Shown here piece after piece: positions 12,392 to 23,395 of a stretch of 64,000 nucleotides of DNA (position 1 is the first letter of the stretch; each line of letters opens with the position of its first letter). The notes under the pieces were generated by a model. The model did not search any database. It was not told the DNA's origin and worked only from the letters and a program-made list of their open reading frames with translations. Made by a program: the position numbers and the translations under genes. The stretch comes from Paraspadella gotoi (Eukaryota; Animalia; Chaetognatha): the NCBI GenBank assembly GCA_051294375.1, contig CM119270.1, forward strand, positions 12,399,676-12,463,675, written 5' to 3'.

Positions 12392-15300
12392 CAAGGGTGG
12401 TGGGGGAGAAAGAATGAGAAAGGAATGAAGAAAGCCCAGAAAAATTGACTCAGGAGAAAGAAAGTTTCAAAAAAACTGGAGAGAGGAAAAAAAAAGTGGG
12501 CCGATGAAAAACAGCGCCCCCTGCGGAGCAAATAGAGAGAACCACCCGACCCTCCGCTATGTTTGCAACAAAATCGATGTAAACAACAACAAAGTCGACA
12601 CACAACAAATTTCAAGGGAGAAAATTAATAACAACAAAACGACGAAAAGTACAACAACGACATCGCGAAGAACAACAACAATGCAAAGGCCTTAAAAATG
12701 GGCAGGCCGAGTTCTTTGCATTTTAGTGCTCACAAAATTTTGTTAAGCTGGAGAGGCCTCGGCTTGCAAAAAGTCAAAAACAACATTTCTTGATTCTTTA
12801 ATCTATTTAGGGTCGCGTAATCTAACGACTTTAATTGAAAAAATCAACCGATCTTTTCGTCTTTCAGCTGGTTGGGCGTCCTGGGCGGCTTGGGGATCTT
12901 GCAGCGCTTCGTGCGGTCAGGGTTATCAAGAGAGGTCGCGCGAGTGTCGAGGCGACGCCAGGAAGTGCGTCCCCGACGGCTCCAGCTATCAAGTCCGCCC
13001 TTGCGTCATCACGCACTCCTGCTCCAGTAAGTATTGATGGCTCAGGTCGATATATAAAGAAATAATTATATAATTATGTAGACGAGATATCTGACAACTG
13101 CAAATTTCAAATAATCTTTATTCATATAAAAAATTATCATATTAAAAGTGAAGCTATTGATTCCTATCTCATTCGGTTCACTCCTTTCCATTTCCGCTCT
13201 AGTGGACGGCAAGTGGGGCGCGTGGGAGCCGTGGCAGCCTTGCTCCACCACCTGCGGTCAGGGCAGACGAGTACGGATGCGATATTGCGACAATCCCGCT
13301 CCACAAAACGGGGGTAAACCCTGTAGAGGAGACGGGAGCGAAGTGGGGACCTGTCGACAAAGACCATGCCAAGGTAAGTTCGTCGCGTTATTGAAAATAG
13401 GTAAGTCGTTTGCGCGTTTGATTCCGTTTCCGCGAAAGGGAAAAATGAATATTCGATTCGACGAGGGCAATGACTCACCTCTTTTAACTCACCTTCTCTT
13501 CGAAACTTGAAAGGAATTTGCCCAAAGAGCCTTGGAAACATTTAGACTCTCGAAAATCCACTTTTCAATTTGGGGGAGGAGAGAGGAACGAGTCCCCGGC
13601 TTCGGACCTGTTTTTCAAAAGAAACGCGAAACAGTTTTTGTTTTGGTACAAAACATTGGCTGAGTAATGACCTCCCGTTCCTTCATGCTCTCTCCCCCCG
13701 TCTCTTCTGGCCCCGCCCTTTACTCTTTATCTTTTCCCTTCTTCTAACTTCGCATATTTTTCTTCCCTTTTGCCGAAGGTAAGGTAAGAAGCAAGAGCGT
13801 CTGCGTCTTACCTTACCAAGTTTTTTCCGTATCCTTATTCTTTTTCTTTATACTACTTCAATTCTTCAAGCATTATACGAGTTTGTAATATACTATTAAA
13901 TACATTCCTTCATTTCTTCCCTCTTTCTTCATTCCTTCGATTGTCAGTTAATTAATCAATTCATTTTCTTCTTCATTAATTTCTTTTTAAACAACTCATT
14001 CATTCAACCAACCTGTTAACTTACCATCCCCCCCCTTGCACCCCCCCAACACCCTCCAGTGGACGGTCAATGGTCTACTTGGTCCGAATTCTCCACCTGT
14101 AACGCCACCTGCGGTCGCGCCGTCCGCCTCCGCACGCGCCGCTGCGATTCTCCGCCGCCGTCGCCGCGTGGATCGCCCTGCCGCGGTCCGTCGCAGCAGC
14201 TTTTCGCCTGTCAACTTCCTCCCTGCCCGGTCGACGGTGGCTGGACTGCATGGGGACCCTGGAGCGCCTGTCCGGCGACCTGCGGCGACGGCGAGATCGA
14301 GCGGCGGCGCGCCTGCGTTAATCCGCCGCCGAAACACGGCGGACGAGCGTGTCCAGGGGCGGATAGGCAGATGAACGTGTGCAACTCGCGACCCTGTCCG
14401 GGTGAGAGTCCCGGGGGGGGGGAGGAGAAGGCAGGAATGGATTTTCAAGGTTTGGCGCGGGAAAAATGCTGGATATTCACCTTAGTCACTCAGTTTTATT
14501 ATCCGATGTTATCATTATCATCACTGATACAAAGAAACTTCGACTATAATTAAAATAGATTAATTTTTAAACTACCTGCCATTCATGTGACAGTTGTGAC
14601 ACTCATCAGCGATTTCCCTCGTTAGCACGGGATCCTCAAGTCCCGCAGTTTTAGGGTTATAGGAGACTCACAAGAAAGGACGAGCCAACTTAACCCGCGA
14701 ATATTCGCAAGGTATTTGCAGTATTTTGAAGAATGCCAAGGATTCAGTATTTGCAGTATTTATAAGGATCCAACGTTTTGTATCTTGCGTATATATCAAC
14801 TATTGACGTTGTCTTCCACTCGCTTGCCATTCAGACAGACTTACCAAGTCATACGCAGCTGCTTTCCCTCTCCAACCCCGCCCCCCTGTCCCCACGCCTG
14901 CCCCCAGGATCCTTGGGACTGAAAACAAAAAGAAAAATCCCGTTTTATATTCGTTTTGTATTTCGGTTGTACTCGAATCTGAATTTTAATTTCCACCCGA
15001 TTTGCATTTTTTTATTTTTTCGAGGGGAAGGAAAGAAGGAAATAGGCTTTTCAACTTTTTTTTTTTTTTTCAAACGATCTCTCGACATTGAGAAAGTCGA
15101 CAGTCGGCAGGAAAAGTTTTTTTTTTTTCTCTTTATTTTTCAAAAATATAGTGAAAAAAGATTTTGAAGAAAAAAAAAAAAAGAGAAAAGTTTCCACGCC
15201 ATTGAGGTTTTTTTTCTGGCGGCCTTGGAATGGAAAGAAAATTTATAAAAATAATAATAATAATAAACTTGGGACAAAAATATTTGTGTGCCAAAAATTG

Positions 15301-16312
15301 TGCGCGACGGCAATTCCTAAATCCTGAATGACCGATAAAATTAAATCAATTTTGCTTTAAGATTACTTTATACATATTACGTTGGCCGATCGGTCGGTCG
15401 GTCGGTCGGTCGATTGGTTGGTTGGTTTTAAAAGTCATTTTTATCAGGAAATGTTCGTACTTGTCCGGCAATTCTAAATTATCAAATTAATTGGCTAATA
15501 GGCAGTATTCCACGTGTGATTCTGCTTTCGTTCCGTAATTTGGTTTCGATGAGGGATAATGACTCGAAATTTTTTTTCAGTGAACGGCGCCTGGACCCAC
15601 TGGTCCGAATGGAGCGAATGTGAAGCCAAATGTCGGGAAAAAGGATTTCAGCTACGAAGCCGACACTGCGCCGACCCAAAGCCACAGTTCGGGGGACATT
15701 ACTGTTCGGGTGAGTCAGAGTTAATAGAATAGGAGTGAAATTTGACGAGCTCAATTGAAAACCTAAATACAAATTCACCAGCAAAATTACCGAATAATCC
15801 CCGGTTCTCCTTTCCTTTCCCAGGCGCTTTTCTCGACAAGCGTCCCTGCATCGGGGACACGGAATGCCCCGTCGACGGAGGGTGGACCCATTGGGGACAC
15901 TGGACCCAATGCCCCGTTACATGCGGCAGAGGAGAGCAGAGAAGGAGCAGAAACTGCTCCAATCCCGAACCGCAAAACGGAGGGAGATACTGTCACGGTA
16001 AATCGGGGTATTATTTTATTCTTGGTCGGTGACCCTCAGTATCTCACGACGGACTTTTAATATTTTTTTAAGCAACCACGATCGACCACAATCGTTTTAA
16101 ATCCGAGGGAATATACATGCCATAGCGTTACGCAATAAAGAGTAAAGTTTTGGCCAAAAAGTACAGAGGTTGGCAACTTGGCATATTTTTCATTTCACTC
16201 TATCTTCCCCTCCTTCAGCACCGAAAAAAAAATTCGAAGAGAACCTCGGAAAGAGCCAAGTCAGCTTTTATTTTTCGAATTTCAAGACGAGCAAAAGGAG
16301 AGAGAAAAGAGA

Positions 16313-16394
<82 letters not shown>

Positions 16395-19195
16395 AGAGTC
16401 TTCATTGTTTAGTCCAAAAAAGAGATCGTGTCGCTCGGGAGAAAGAGAGAGAGATAGAGAGTTTCTCCTGAGACTGGGTCGCGAGGAAAGTTCACAAAAG
16501 TAGATCGGGTCACATGAATCACACGTCGTTTCGCCTCGAATTCACGGAATCGAATCGAAGTCACGTTTTCGTTTCTTTTCCGCCGGAAATAAAAAGAAGA
16601 AATTCTCTACATCTTTTTTCCCCTTAAGTTTTCTCCTTTATTCTCCTTCTGTACTTTATCCTTTCCAACCCCTTAATTCTTTTTTTTCTTTCTCCCTTTT
16701 TTTCCTTAAATATATCGCGGACGTTATTTTTTATGCTTTTCTCATTCTTCAGAATTTTAATCTTTTCTTCCATTTTATTTCAAACTTTTTTTTCTACTTT
16801 TAAATTTTCATCTCTATTCTATTTCAAGAAAATAGAATCCTTTGAATTCAATTACACCCCCACAGCTTCTGCATGACTTTTCCATCTCATCCATTTGCCC
16901 TCTCTTTCATTTTCCGCTTCCACTTCCCTCTGGCACAGGACTCCCATTCCCCCCCGCTCACCCTTCCCTGCCTAATCCCCAAATTTTTCCCATCCTCCCC
17001 CCCAAAAAAAAGGTCCCACCATCACGACTCGTCGTTGTCCCCATCTGCCACCCTGTTTTCCGATGGCGCAACAAAACCTCGTCGATCCTTACCAATTCGA
17101 ATACGACGATGACGACGACGACGAAGACGGCGACGAAGGCGCTTCCGGCGATTGGCCGATTCTCGGCGAGAAAGACTTTGCTCGCCGGTAATTTATCTTG
17201 ACAATAAATTTAATCACAATTAGTGAACCTTTTGTCTTTTCTGTCAGTTTTAATGGTATCTGACTGTCAAGTTTATTTGATTTATTCGAGAGAGACGGGG
17301 AAAAAAAATAATCGAGGAAATAACCGTTGTCGTTTTGTTTCTTTTTCACTTCCCTCCTCAGATCTAAAATTTTGATGCGTCAAAAAGACCATAGAGGGAC
17401 AACTTTGAGGGAAGACAGTCGAAAGAAACAAAAGCACAGTCGTTGCCAAGATGGAATCTGCGACTCGGATAAGGGAACAAGTGAGATTTTATTATAGATA
17501 GCATTCACAAATTGTTGAACTTACTATAGATTATGAAACAAAAATCTAATGTAGTAATAAAAAAAATCAGGATATCAAGCCGATATATTTAGTTATATAT
17601 ACAAAGTTACCAAATTCTTTAATATTCAAGGAAAAACATCAAAAAATCTCTCAACCAACGACGTCATTCACGTTGACGACGACAACGACGACAACAACAA
17701 CATCAACTACGACGTCAGCGACGACAACAACAACATCAAATACGACGTCAGCGACGACGACGATTTGTCCGGCGACGACGACTTCGACGACGACGAATCC
17801 TCGTCGGGCGTCTTCGTCTACTACGACGACGTCGTCATCCCGACCATCGCCGAATCGCATCCGGAGACGTTGTCCTTCCCCAAGCCGGATGCCGGCGTCG
17901 TTCCGGACGAGGCGTTTCCGGGCGTCGTCCTCGACGCGGCTCCGACGCAGCAGACGGCGCCTCCGCCTCAGCCGCCGCAGAGAAAGGACGAAGAGGCGGC
18001 TCGAGTCTTCGACGAGGAATTCGAAGATTTCGGCGGCGGAAGAATCGAGGACGACGAGTTGGTGCAGGAATATTTTGACGAAAAAGACGATGACGACGAC
18101 GACGACGATAGCGACGACGAATACCTGAACGAAATTAAGAGTATTTCTTCAGCCGCCGTCGGTAAATTGGCCGACAGAGATAGAGTTGAGGCTGAAGAAT
18201 TAGGCGACAAAGACGACGTCAAAAGGATGGAACGCAACGGAGACGACGACGACGACAACGACAACGACGACGAAGATAACGACGCGATCCAACATCAACA
18301 TCACAAGAAAAAACAAACAAAGTCGACTTCAACAAAAGACTTTGAAGGCGAAAAAGACGAAGCCTCCGCCAACCAAGTGGCCGACTTAATCGCCGCAACC
18401 GTCGCCGCCGCCGCCGACGTCGACGCCGCCACGCGATCTTCGACTACGGAAGCTCCCGCCGCCGATGACGACGCCGCTGTCGTCACCGCCGACAACGCCG
18501 CCGATACAGCCGACAACGCCGCCGATACAGCCGACAACGCCGCCGATACCGCCACATCTTCGCCGTCCACAGCCGACGATCGTCGGCCATCTCATCATCA
18601 GCATCATCCTCATTCTCCTAATCTTAATAATCCCCATCATCATTCTCATATTCCTCATTCTCCTAATCTTAATAATCCTCATCATCATTCTCCTATTCCT
18701 CATTCTCCTCATCCTCATGATCCGAAGAATAAAAAGTTGGAAAATGAAGAAAAAAGAAATAAATCGCAAACGGAGGACGAAAGGCGACAACAACAACAAC
18801 AACGACGTCATCCACGACTGCAAGAAATACAGCGAGAAGAACCGCATCATCAACAACATCAACCACTACATCATAGACCGCATCAACGCGACGAAAAACG
18901 GCTCGAGCGTCAACAGCGGAACGGATTGCGACGTCGCACGCCGTCGTCGTCGTCGTCGCCGTTCCGTCGCGAGCGTCTTTCGGCGTCAGAGTTGACGGTT
19001 TGGGAACAGAACGAATCGCGGGAGATGCAGTCGGAGTACAACAAAGACGAAGGCGTTCGGAGGGGGAGGGATAACAACAACAACAACAACTACGACGACG
19101 AGAACAAATACGGCGACGATCGATCGACTCACAGAAAATTCGGATTCGACGATCGACGCGTTTTGCACAAAAACGCGCCCGATCCGCCGAGATGA
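10872..19195 (+). CDS. Gene 1 (spliced span): properdin-like protein, TB-like domain + 6 TSP1 repeats + long acidic/His-rich low-complexity tail, ~1040 aa
   Basis: Ten exons from 11502 to 19195 join in frame with matching phases and GT-AG sites. With the candidate first exon the total is 3132 nt, divisible by 3. The 5' start is uncertain. Confidence 0.8.
11502..11629 (+). CDS. Gene 1 exon: TB-like (properdin N-terminal) domain, part 1
   Basis: Acceptor CTCAG|, donor TTG|GTAAGG. Encodes (D)ADACFRKYVKKHGYCKSPLRGNFKNAMACCSNGKAHGYAANL, with a C-F-x-x-Y...G-x-C...CC-x-N pattern. Confidence 0.85.
11760..11841 (+). CDS. Gene 1 exon: TB-like domain, part 2
   Basis: Acceptor TTTTCAG|, donor AAAG|GTTGGT. 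Encodes EPVPTKKKGNNKGYLCFPCSDIKKELK. Phase 0 to 1 fits both neighbours. Confidence 0.8.
12315..12388. repeat. (AG)n microsatellite (intronic)
   Basis: Pure AG run. Confidence 0.95.
12868..13026 (+). CDS. Gene 1 exon: TSP1 repeat 1
   Basis: TTTCAG|...A|GTAAGT. Encodes AGWASWAAWGSCSASCGQGYQERSRECRGDARKCVPDGSSYQVRPCVITHSCS (WxxWxxW, CSxSC, RxRxC). Confidence 0.93.
13203..13373 (+). CDS. Gene 1 exon: TSP1 repeat 2
   Basis: CTCTAG|...G|GTAAGT. Encodes DGKWGAWEPWQPCSTTCGQGRRVRMRYCDNPAPQNGGKPCRGDGSEVGTCRQRPCQ. Confidence 0.95.
14060..14401 (+). CDS. Gene 1 exon: TSP1 repeats 3 and 4
   Basis: CTCCAG|...G|GTGAGA. Encodes VDGQWSTWSEFSTCNATCG...CQLPPCP and VDGGWTAWGPWSACPATCG...CNSRPCP. Confidence 0.95.
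15581..15709 (+). CDS. Gene 1 exon: TSP1 repeat 5, first part
   Basis: TTTTTCAG|...G|GTGAGT. Encodes VNGAWTHWSEWSECEAKCREKGFQLRSRHCADPKPQFGGHYCS. Not present in the ORF track. Confidence 0.93.
15824..15997 (+). CDS. Gene 1 exon: end of TSP1 repeat 5 and start of repeat 6
   Basis: TTCCCAG|...G|GTAAAT. Encodes GAFLDKRPCIGDTECPVDGGWTHWGHWTQCPVTCGRGEQRRSRNCSNPEPQNGGRYCH. Confidence 0.94.
16298..16398. repeat. (AG)n microsatellite (intronic)
   Basis: AG run. Confidence 0.95.
17013..17187 (+). CDS. Gene 1 exon: end of TSP1 repeat 6 + acidic Ser-Gly segment
   Basis: AAAAG|...CG|GTAATT. Encodes GPTITTRRCPHLPPCFPMAQQNLVDPYQFEYDDDDDDEDGDEGASGDWPILGEKDFAR and supplies the last two Cys of repeat 6. 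Confidence 0.85.
17362..17480 (+). CDS. Gene 1 exon: basic linker with CQDGIC
   Basis: CCTCCTCAG| (phase 2) ... A|GTGAGA (phase 1). Encodes SKILMRQKDHRGTTLREDSRKKQKHSRCQDGICDSDKGT. Phases match both neighbours. Confidence 0.7.
17631..19195 (+). CDS. Gene 1 probable terminal exon: Asp-rich, Ala/Thr-rich, His/Pro-rich and Gln/Arg-rich tail
   Basis: TTCAAG| phase-1 acceptor, in frame with the 476-aa ORF 17765-19195. GC-rich coding-like composition; TGA at 19193-19195. Confidence 0.8.
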
Positions 19196-19720
19196 GATGG
19201 GAAAAGATTGGGATGAGATGGGAAGAGATTGGGGTGAGAAGGGAAGAGATTTGGATGAGATGGGAAGAGATTTGGATGAGATGGGAAGAGATAGGGGTTA
19301 GAAGGGAAGAGATTTGGATGAGATGGGAAGAGATAGGGGTGAGAAGGGAAGAGATTTGGATGGGATGGGAAGAGATTGGGATGAGAAGGGAAAAGATTTG
19401 AATGAGATGGGAAGAGATTGGGATGAGATGGGAAAAGAATTGGATGAGATGGGAAGACATTTTGATGCTGTAGGAAGAGATGGGAATAGATTTGGATGAG
19501 GTGAGAAAAGATTGGGATGAGATGGGAAGAGATTGGTACGAGATGGGAAAAGATTGGGGTGAGATGGGAAGAGATTTGGATGAGATAGGAAGAGATTGGG
19601 ATGAGATGGAAGAGATTTGGGTGAGATGGAAAAGGTTAGGGGGAAGTGGGAACTGGGGTATTTTTATTAGATGGAAATTGGGTTATTTTGATGAGATGGG
19701 AATGAGATGATGGGAAAAGT
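19191..19720. repeat. 21-bp minisatellite (GATGAGATGGGAAGAGATTTG-like)
   Basis: About 20 degenerate tandem units starting at the gene 1 stop codon. They produce the MRWEEIW / ISSHLIQ ORFs. Confidence 0.92.
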
Positions 19721-21348
19721 GGGAAAATAAAAGAAATTTGAAGATAGGGGATTGGATGAAATGGGAACGAGACCCATAATGGAGTGTGTGAAGTAACAGA
19801 CTGAGGTGGAAATGGAAATTAAGAATCAAAATCCATTTGATTGAATAAAACCCAAAAAAATTTGTTTGCGTCATCAAATTTGCAAGATGACTAAAAGACT
19901 ATGTTGCTACTGGAGAATGTTTGGTAGCAATATAAAGTTAAGACAAACAAATTGTTTATTAAACTGACTTATTTTTCTTTGAAATAATAATAACTGACTT
20001 CCCGTTGACGACCAAGAAAATAAACAAACCAATAAACTGTCATTTTTTCCGAAAAGCGATGTTTATTATTCGACAGTTAATCGATACAAAAATCGAACTT
20101 AGTACGATAAAAAAAAATATTTGACAAATTATTTTCACGTTGAAAAATTATTTTATCTGCGCTCTCCACAAAAATGAGTATAACCGATAACAAATGACAC
20201 TTTATGTACAGTGATTTTGTATGAAATTAAACGAGAAAAGCCTTAACAATTCCCCGAAAGAATTAATCGTTCGGTTATATTGTTCACTTTTTTTCTTTCT
20301 TTTTTTTTTTACGGTTTACCTCATATTTTTTTTTCGACCATCTTTTTTCGTTGCTTTGTTGTTCATGAAAATGAAATTATTTTTGTTTACAGTTGCATCA
20401 AATGAACTAAGCTGTTTAGAATGTGGTGTACTCTAGAAAATTGTTATATCACAAACAAAATTCGTGAAAACTGTTCATCATTTGCTTAAATTAAATTTTT
20501 TTTCACTCTCTCACCTCTATCACTTTCACATGTTTAACTCGTTAAAGAAATTTGTTAGTTTGCAAAAAAAAAATCATATACACCGAAAATCATTTATATC
20601 GCATCGCATCGCCATATTTTAATTTTACCTTCATACAAACAAATTCATACAAACAAATTGGTTTCACTGTGAATTAGTGTCTTGAACTTTTTCCCAACGA
20701 TGCTGCTTAACGTGTGTTTCGCTTTGCAATTGTGTCTTTTTAGATTTTGTACTGATTCTTTTAAAGTATGTGAAAAAATATATAAAAAAGATATTGCGCC
20801 CGTACGCCAATAGCAAACGTCTTTTTATTTATTTTTTTGGGGTGGCGCGGGATTACCTCGTCAGTTAGTTTTTAATGATAGCTAATTACATACAATAATT
20901 AAATTATTAGGTGACAATATGGATATGGATATGAACCGAAATTAAATTTAAAAAAAAACGTTGTTTAAATGACATAATAAAATCTAACCTAAATATCATA
21001 CTAGTTGTGATTAATTCCTCAAAAATCGTGATTGCGTTTCCCCTTTTTTTTTGGTTTTTCCTACCCCAAAAAAAAATCAAGTTCACGCCCCCCCCCTTCT
21101 CAAAAAACAAAAGCCTGGAAGCGAATTACGCGGTCATTACGCAAAAATGCAAATGAGAATGTTCGATCTTCTTTCGTAATGGCTTCGCTTCTTTTTCTTT
21201 CAATTAATCAGTTATTAAGTGACTCGGACTCAGACTCTCGGCAAAAAAACAATCCGCTCCCTCCGAATTCCTCCGGCAGAGAAAGAGAGAGATAGAGAGA
21301 GAGAGATAGAGACAGAGAGATTCCCCTCCTTGAATTTTCGCGTCGACG

Positions 21349-21492
21349 ATGACAACAACTACTATGACGTCGTTGACGCGCGCGATTTTAACGAAAACCT
21401 CCTGGGTTCATAACGTCTTTTATCTTCTCCTTTTAACCGCGTTAACGGTCAATTTTTCCGTCGCCTCGTTGATACAAAATCTCAAATGTCAG
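21349..21492 (+). CDS. Gene 2 exon 1: signal peptide (start at 21349 or 21364)
   Basis: MTTTTMTSLTRAILTKTSWVHNVFYLLLLTALTVNFSVASLIQNLKCQ, donor CAG|GTGAGA, phase 0. Confidence 0.75.
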
Positions 21493-23296
21493 GTGAGAAA
21501 TAAGGAATTGCGAGGCAGCACATTCGCGCGCTCTCTCTTCGGGTATGAGCCACCGAACGACCTGGTGTTCGTGCCCCATTGCTGTCAAGATCTAAAACCG
21601 CCACACAGTAACGGACTAGTCAGTCTCGAGGTTCTGGACTATTCTGATATTTATACCCTGTACGGAATCAAATATTTTATTTTTGACTATTCTCGATTCC
21701 TCTTGACTTTGATAAAACTTTCATCTCGTAACTCTCTATTTAAACTACTACACTAAAAAACAGACGACGCTTATCCTGAATACCATTTGGCATTAAAGTG
21801 TGAAATATTCACAGGAGAATCACTTATCCGACTACATTTTCGAATCTGACGTTCGACTGTGGGAGGGAAACGCCACGCAACTCGTCAAAACCTCGGCGGA
21901 TTTTACGGTTTGTTTATATCAACGTTATCATCGCATTTGTCATTATCGCCAATATCTTCATCTACATAATTTTTTACCATCGTCACCATTATTAACGCAA
22001 TTGTTCACGTCGTCATCTTAATTATCATCATCATCATTATCATCCAGCATTGTCATCATCAATTTTATTTTCATCGTTATCAATGTCATCAATGTCATCA
22101 AGGACGCTAAAAAGCAGAAATGTTCTTTTATTTTTCATTTCAACGGGCCTGTCAAAACTCTCCTTCCGTCAGGTGGAGTGCCTGTCCGCCTGTCAATCCG
22201 CTCCTTGTTCTCCGGGCGAATCCTCTTCCTCCCCACTCCTCTTCCTCTTCCAAGTCCGCGTCGTCAAATCCTCCACGTGGATCGTCAACGCCACATCCGG
22301 TTCCACTTCCGGTTCCGAGGCGGAAACCGACGCCGACCAACTGCGCGCCGGCGACGCCGACAACGCCGCCATGCGTCTCCCCTTTCGTTTCTTGCAGCAT
22401 CGAAACGGTTCCGTCGTGAAGGTTTATTTCGTCGCTGAGGACGACGACGATCAGACGCTCAACTTCAAGAGAACCCTCGTCGGGGCATTTCAGGTCGGGC
22501 GGTTGGGCGGGAGGTGGGTTAAGGGGAGGTTGGAGGAGGCAGAGGCAGAAGCATAGGTTGTAATAGGAGGAAGGCTTTTTGCGCAGTCGGAAATAAAGGT
22601 AATACATATATAAAGATAATACGTAAATTCTTATTAGTTATATTGTAAAATGCTTTGTATAGTTTCTTTCGCTTCGTTGTGTTTGAATAAATAAATAAAT
22701 AATAATAATGTTTTATTTACTACAACGATAATAAATCATTATTTACTTTACTTCTCGTGTAAAATGCTTAAATTATTTTTTTTAACTAACTTTGTATTAT
22801 CAAATTGATAATATCCTATTCTTGATACGTCCATTTGTTTCGTAAAAGATTGCAAAATGACCTTTTCCCTGACTAAATTTATCTTGCTTTGTCATTTCGA
22901 CCTTTGTTAATATTCAACTGTTAGAACAAAAACATAAAAAGAATTAAAACCGGAAAAGGCGGCTCAACGTCTTTAATTCCTCGGCGTCGCGCGACTTCGG
23001 AAAAGAAGGATTAAAAACAGATTACAGAAAGATTAAATTCTACTCTTTTATTCTTCTTTTAGCTTTTCAACCGTTGAAAGAAAAAAACCGATTAAAACTT
23101 TTATTCGATCTCTTTTTGCTAAACTTCCGAAAGCATTTTCCAGTCACGGTTTTAAAAGTGGAGAAAAAAAAGTTAAAGAATGAACGAAATGACAAAAAGA
23201 TCAAAAGAAATGACAAAGGACGGAACAAAAGAGAAAAAGGGGAAAAAAAGAACAAAGGCTACGGAGAGACAAACGTCATTTCTAACGAGGAATGAT

Positions 23297-23395
<99 letters not shown>

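Noticed and set aside
12868-17060. Hemicentin, SCO-spondin, semaphorin-5 or ADAMTS assignment for the TSP1 array
   Set aside because: No Ig, vWD, Sema or metalloprotease exons are adjacent, and the upstream exons encode a properdin-type TB-like domain instead.
18386-19460. Minus-strand and alternative-frame ORFs (MMLLMMR..., MSSHLIQ..., MTTPLSS...)
   Set aside because: Shadows of the low-complexity gene 1 exon and the 21-bp minisatellite.
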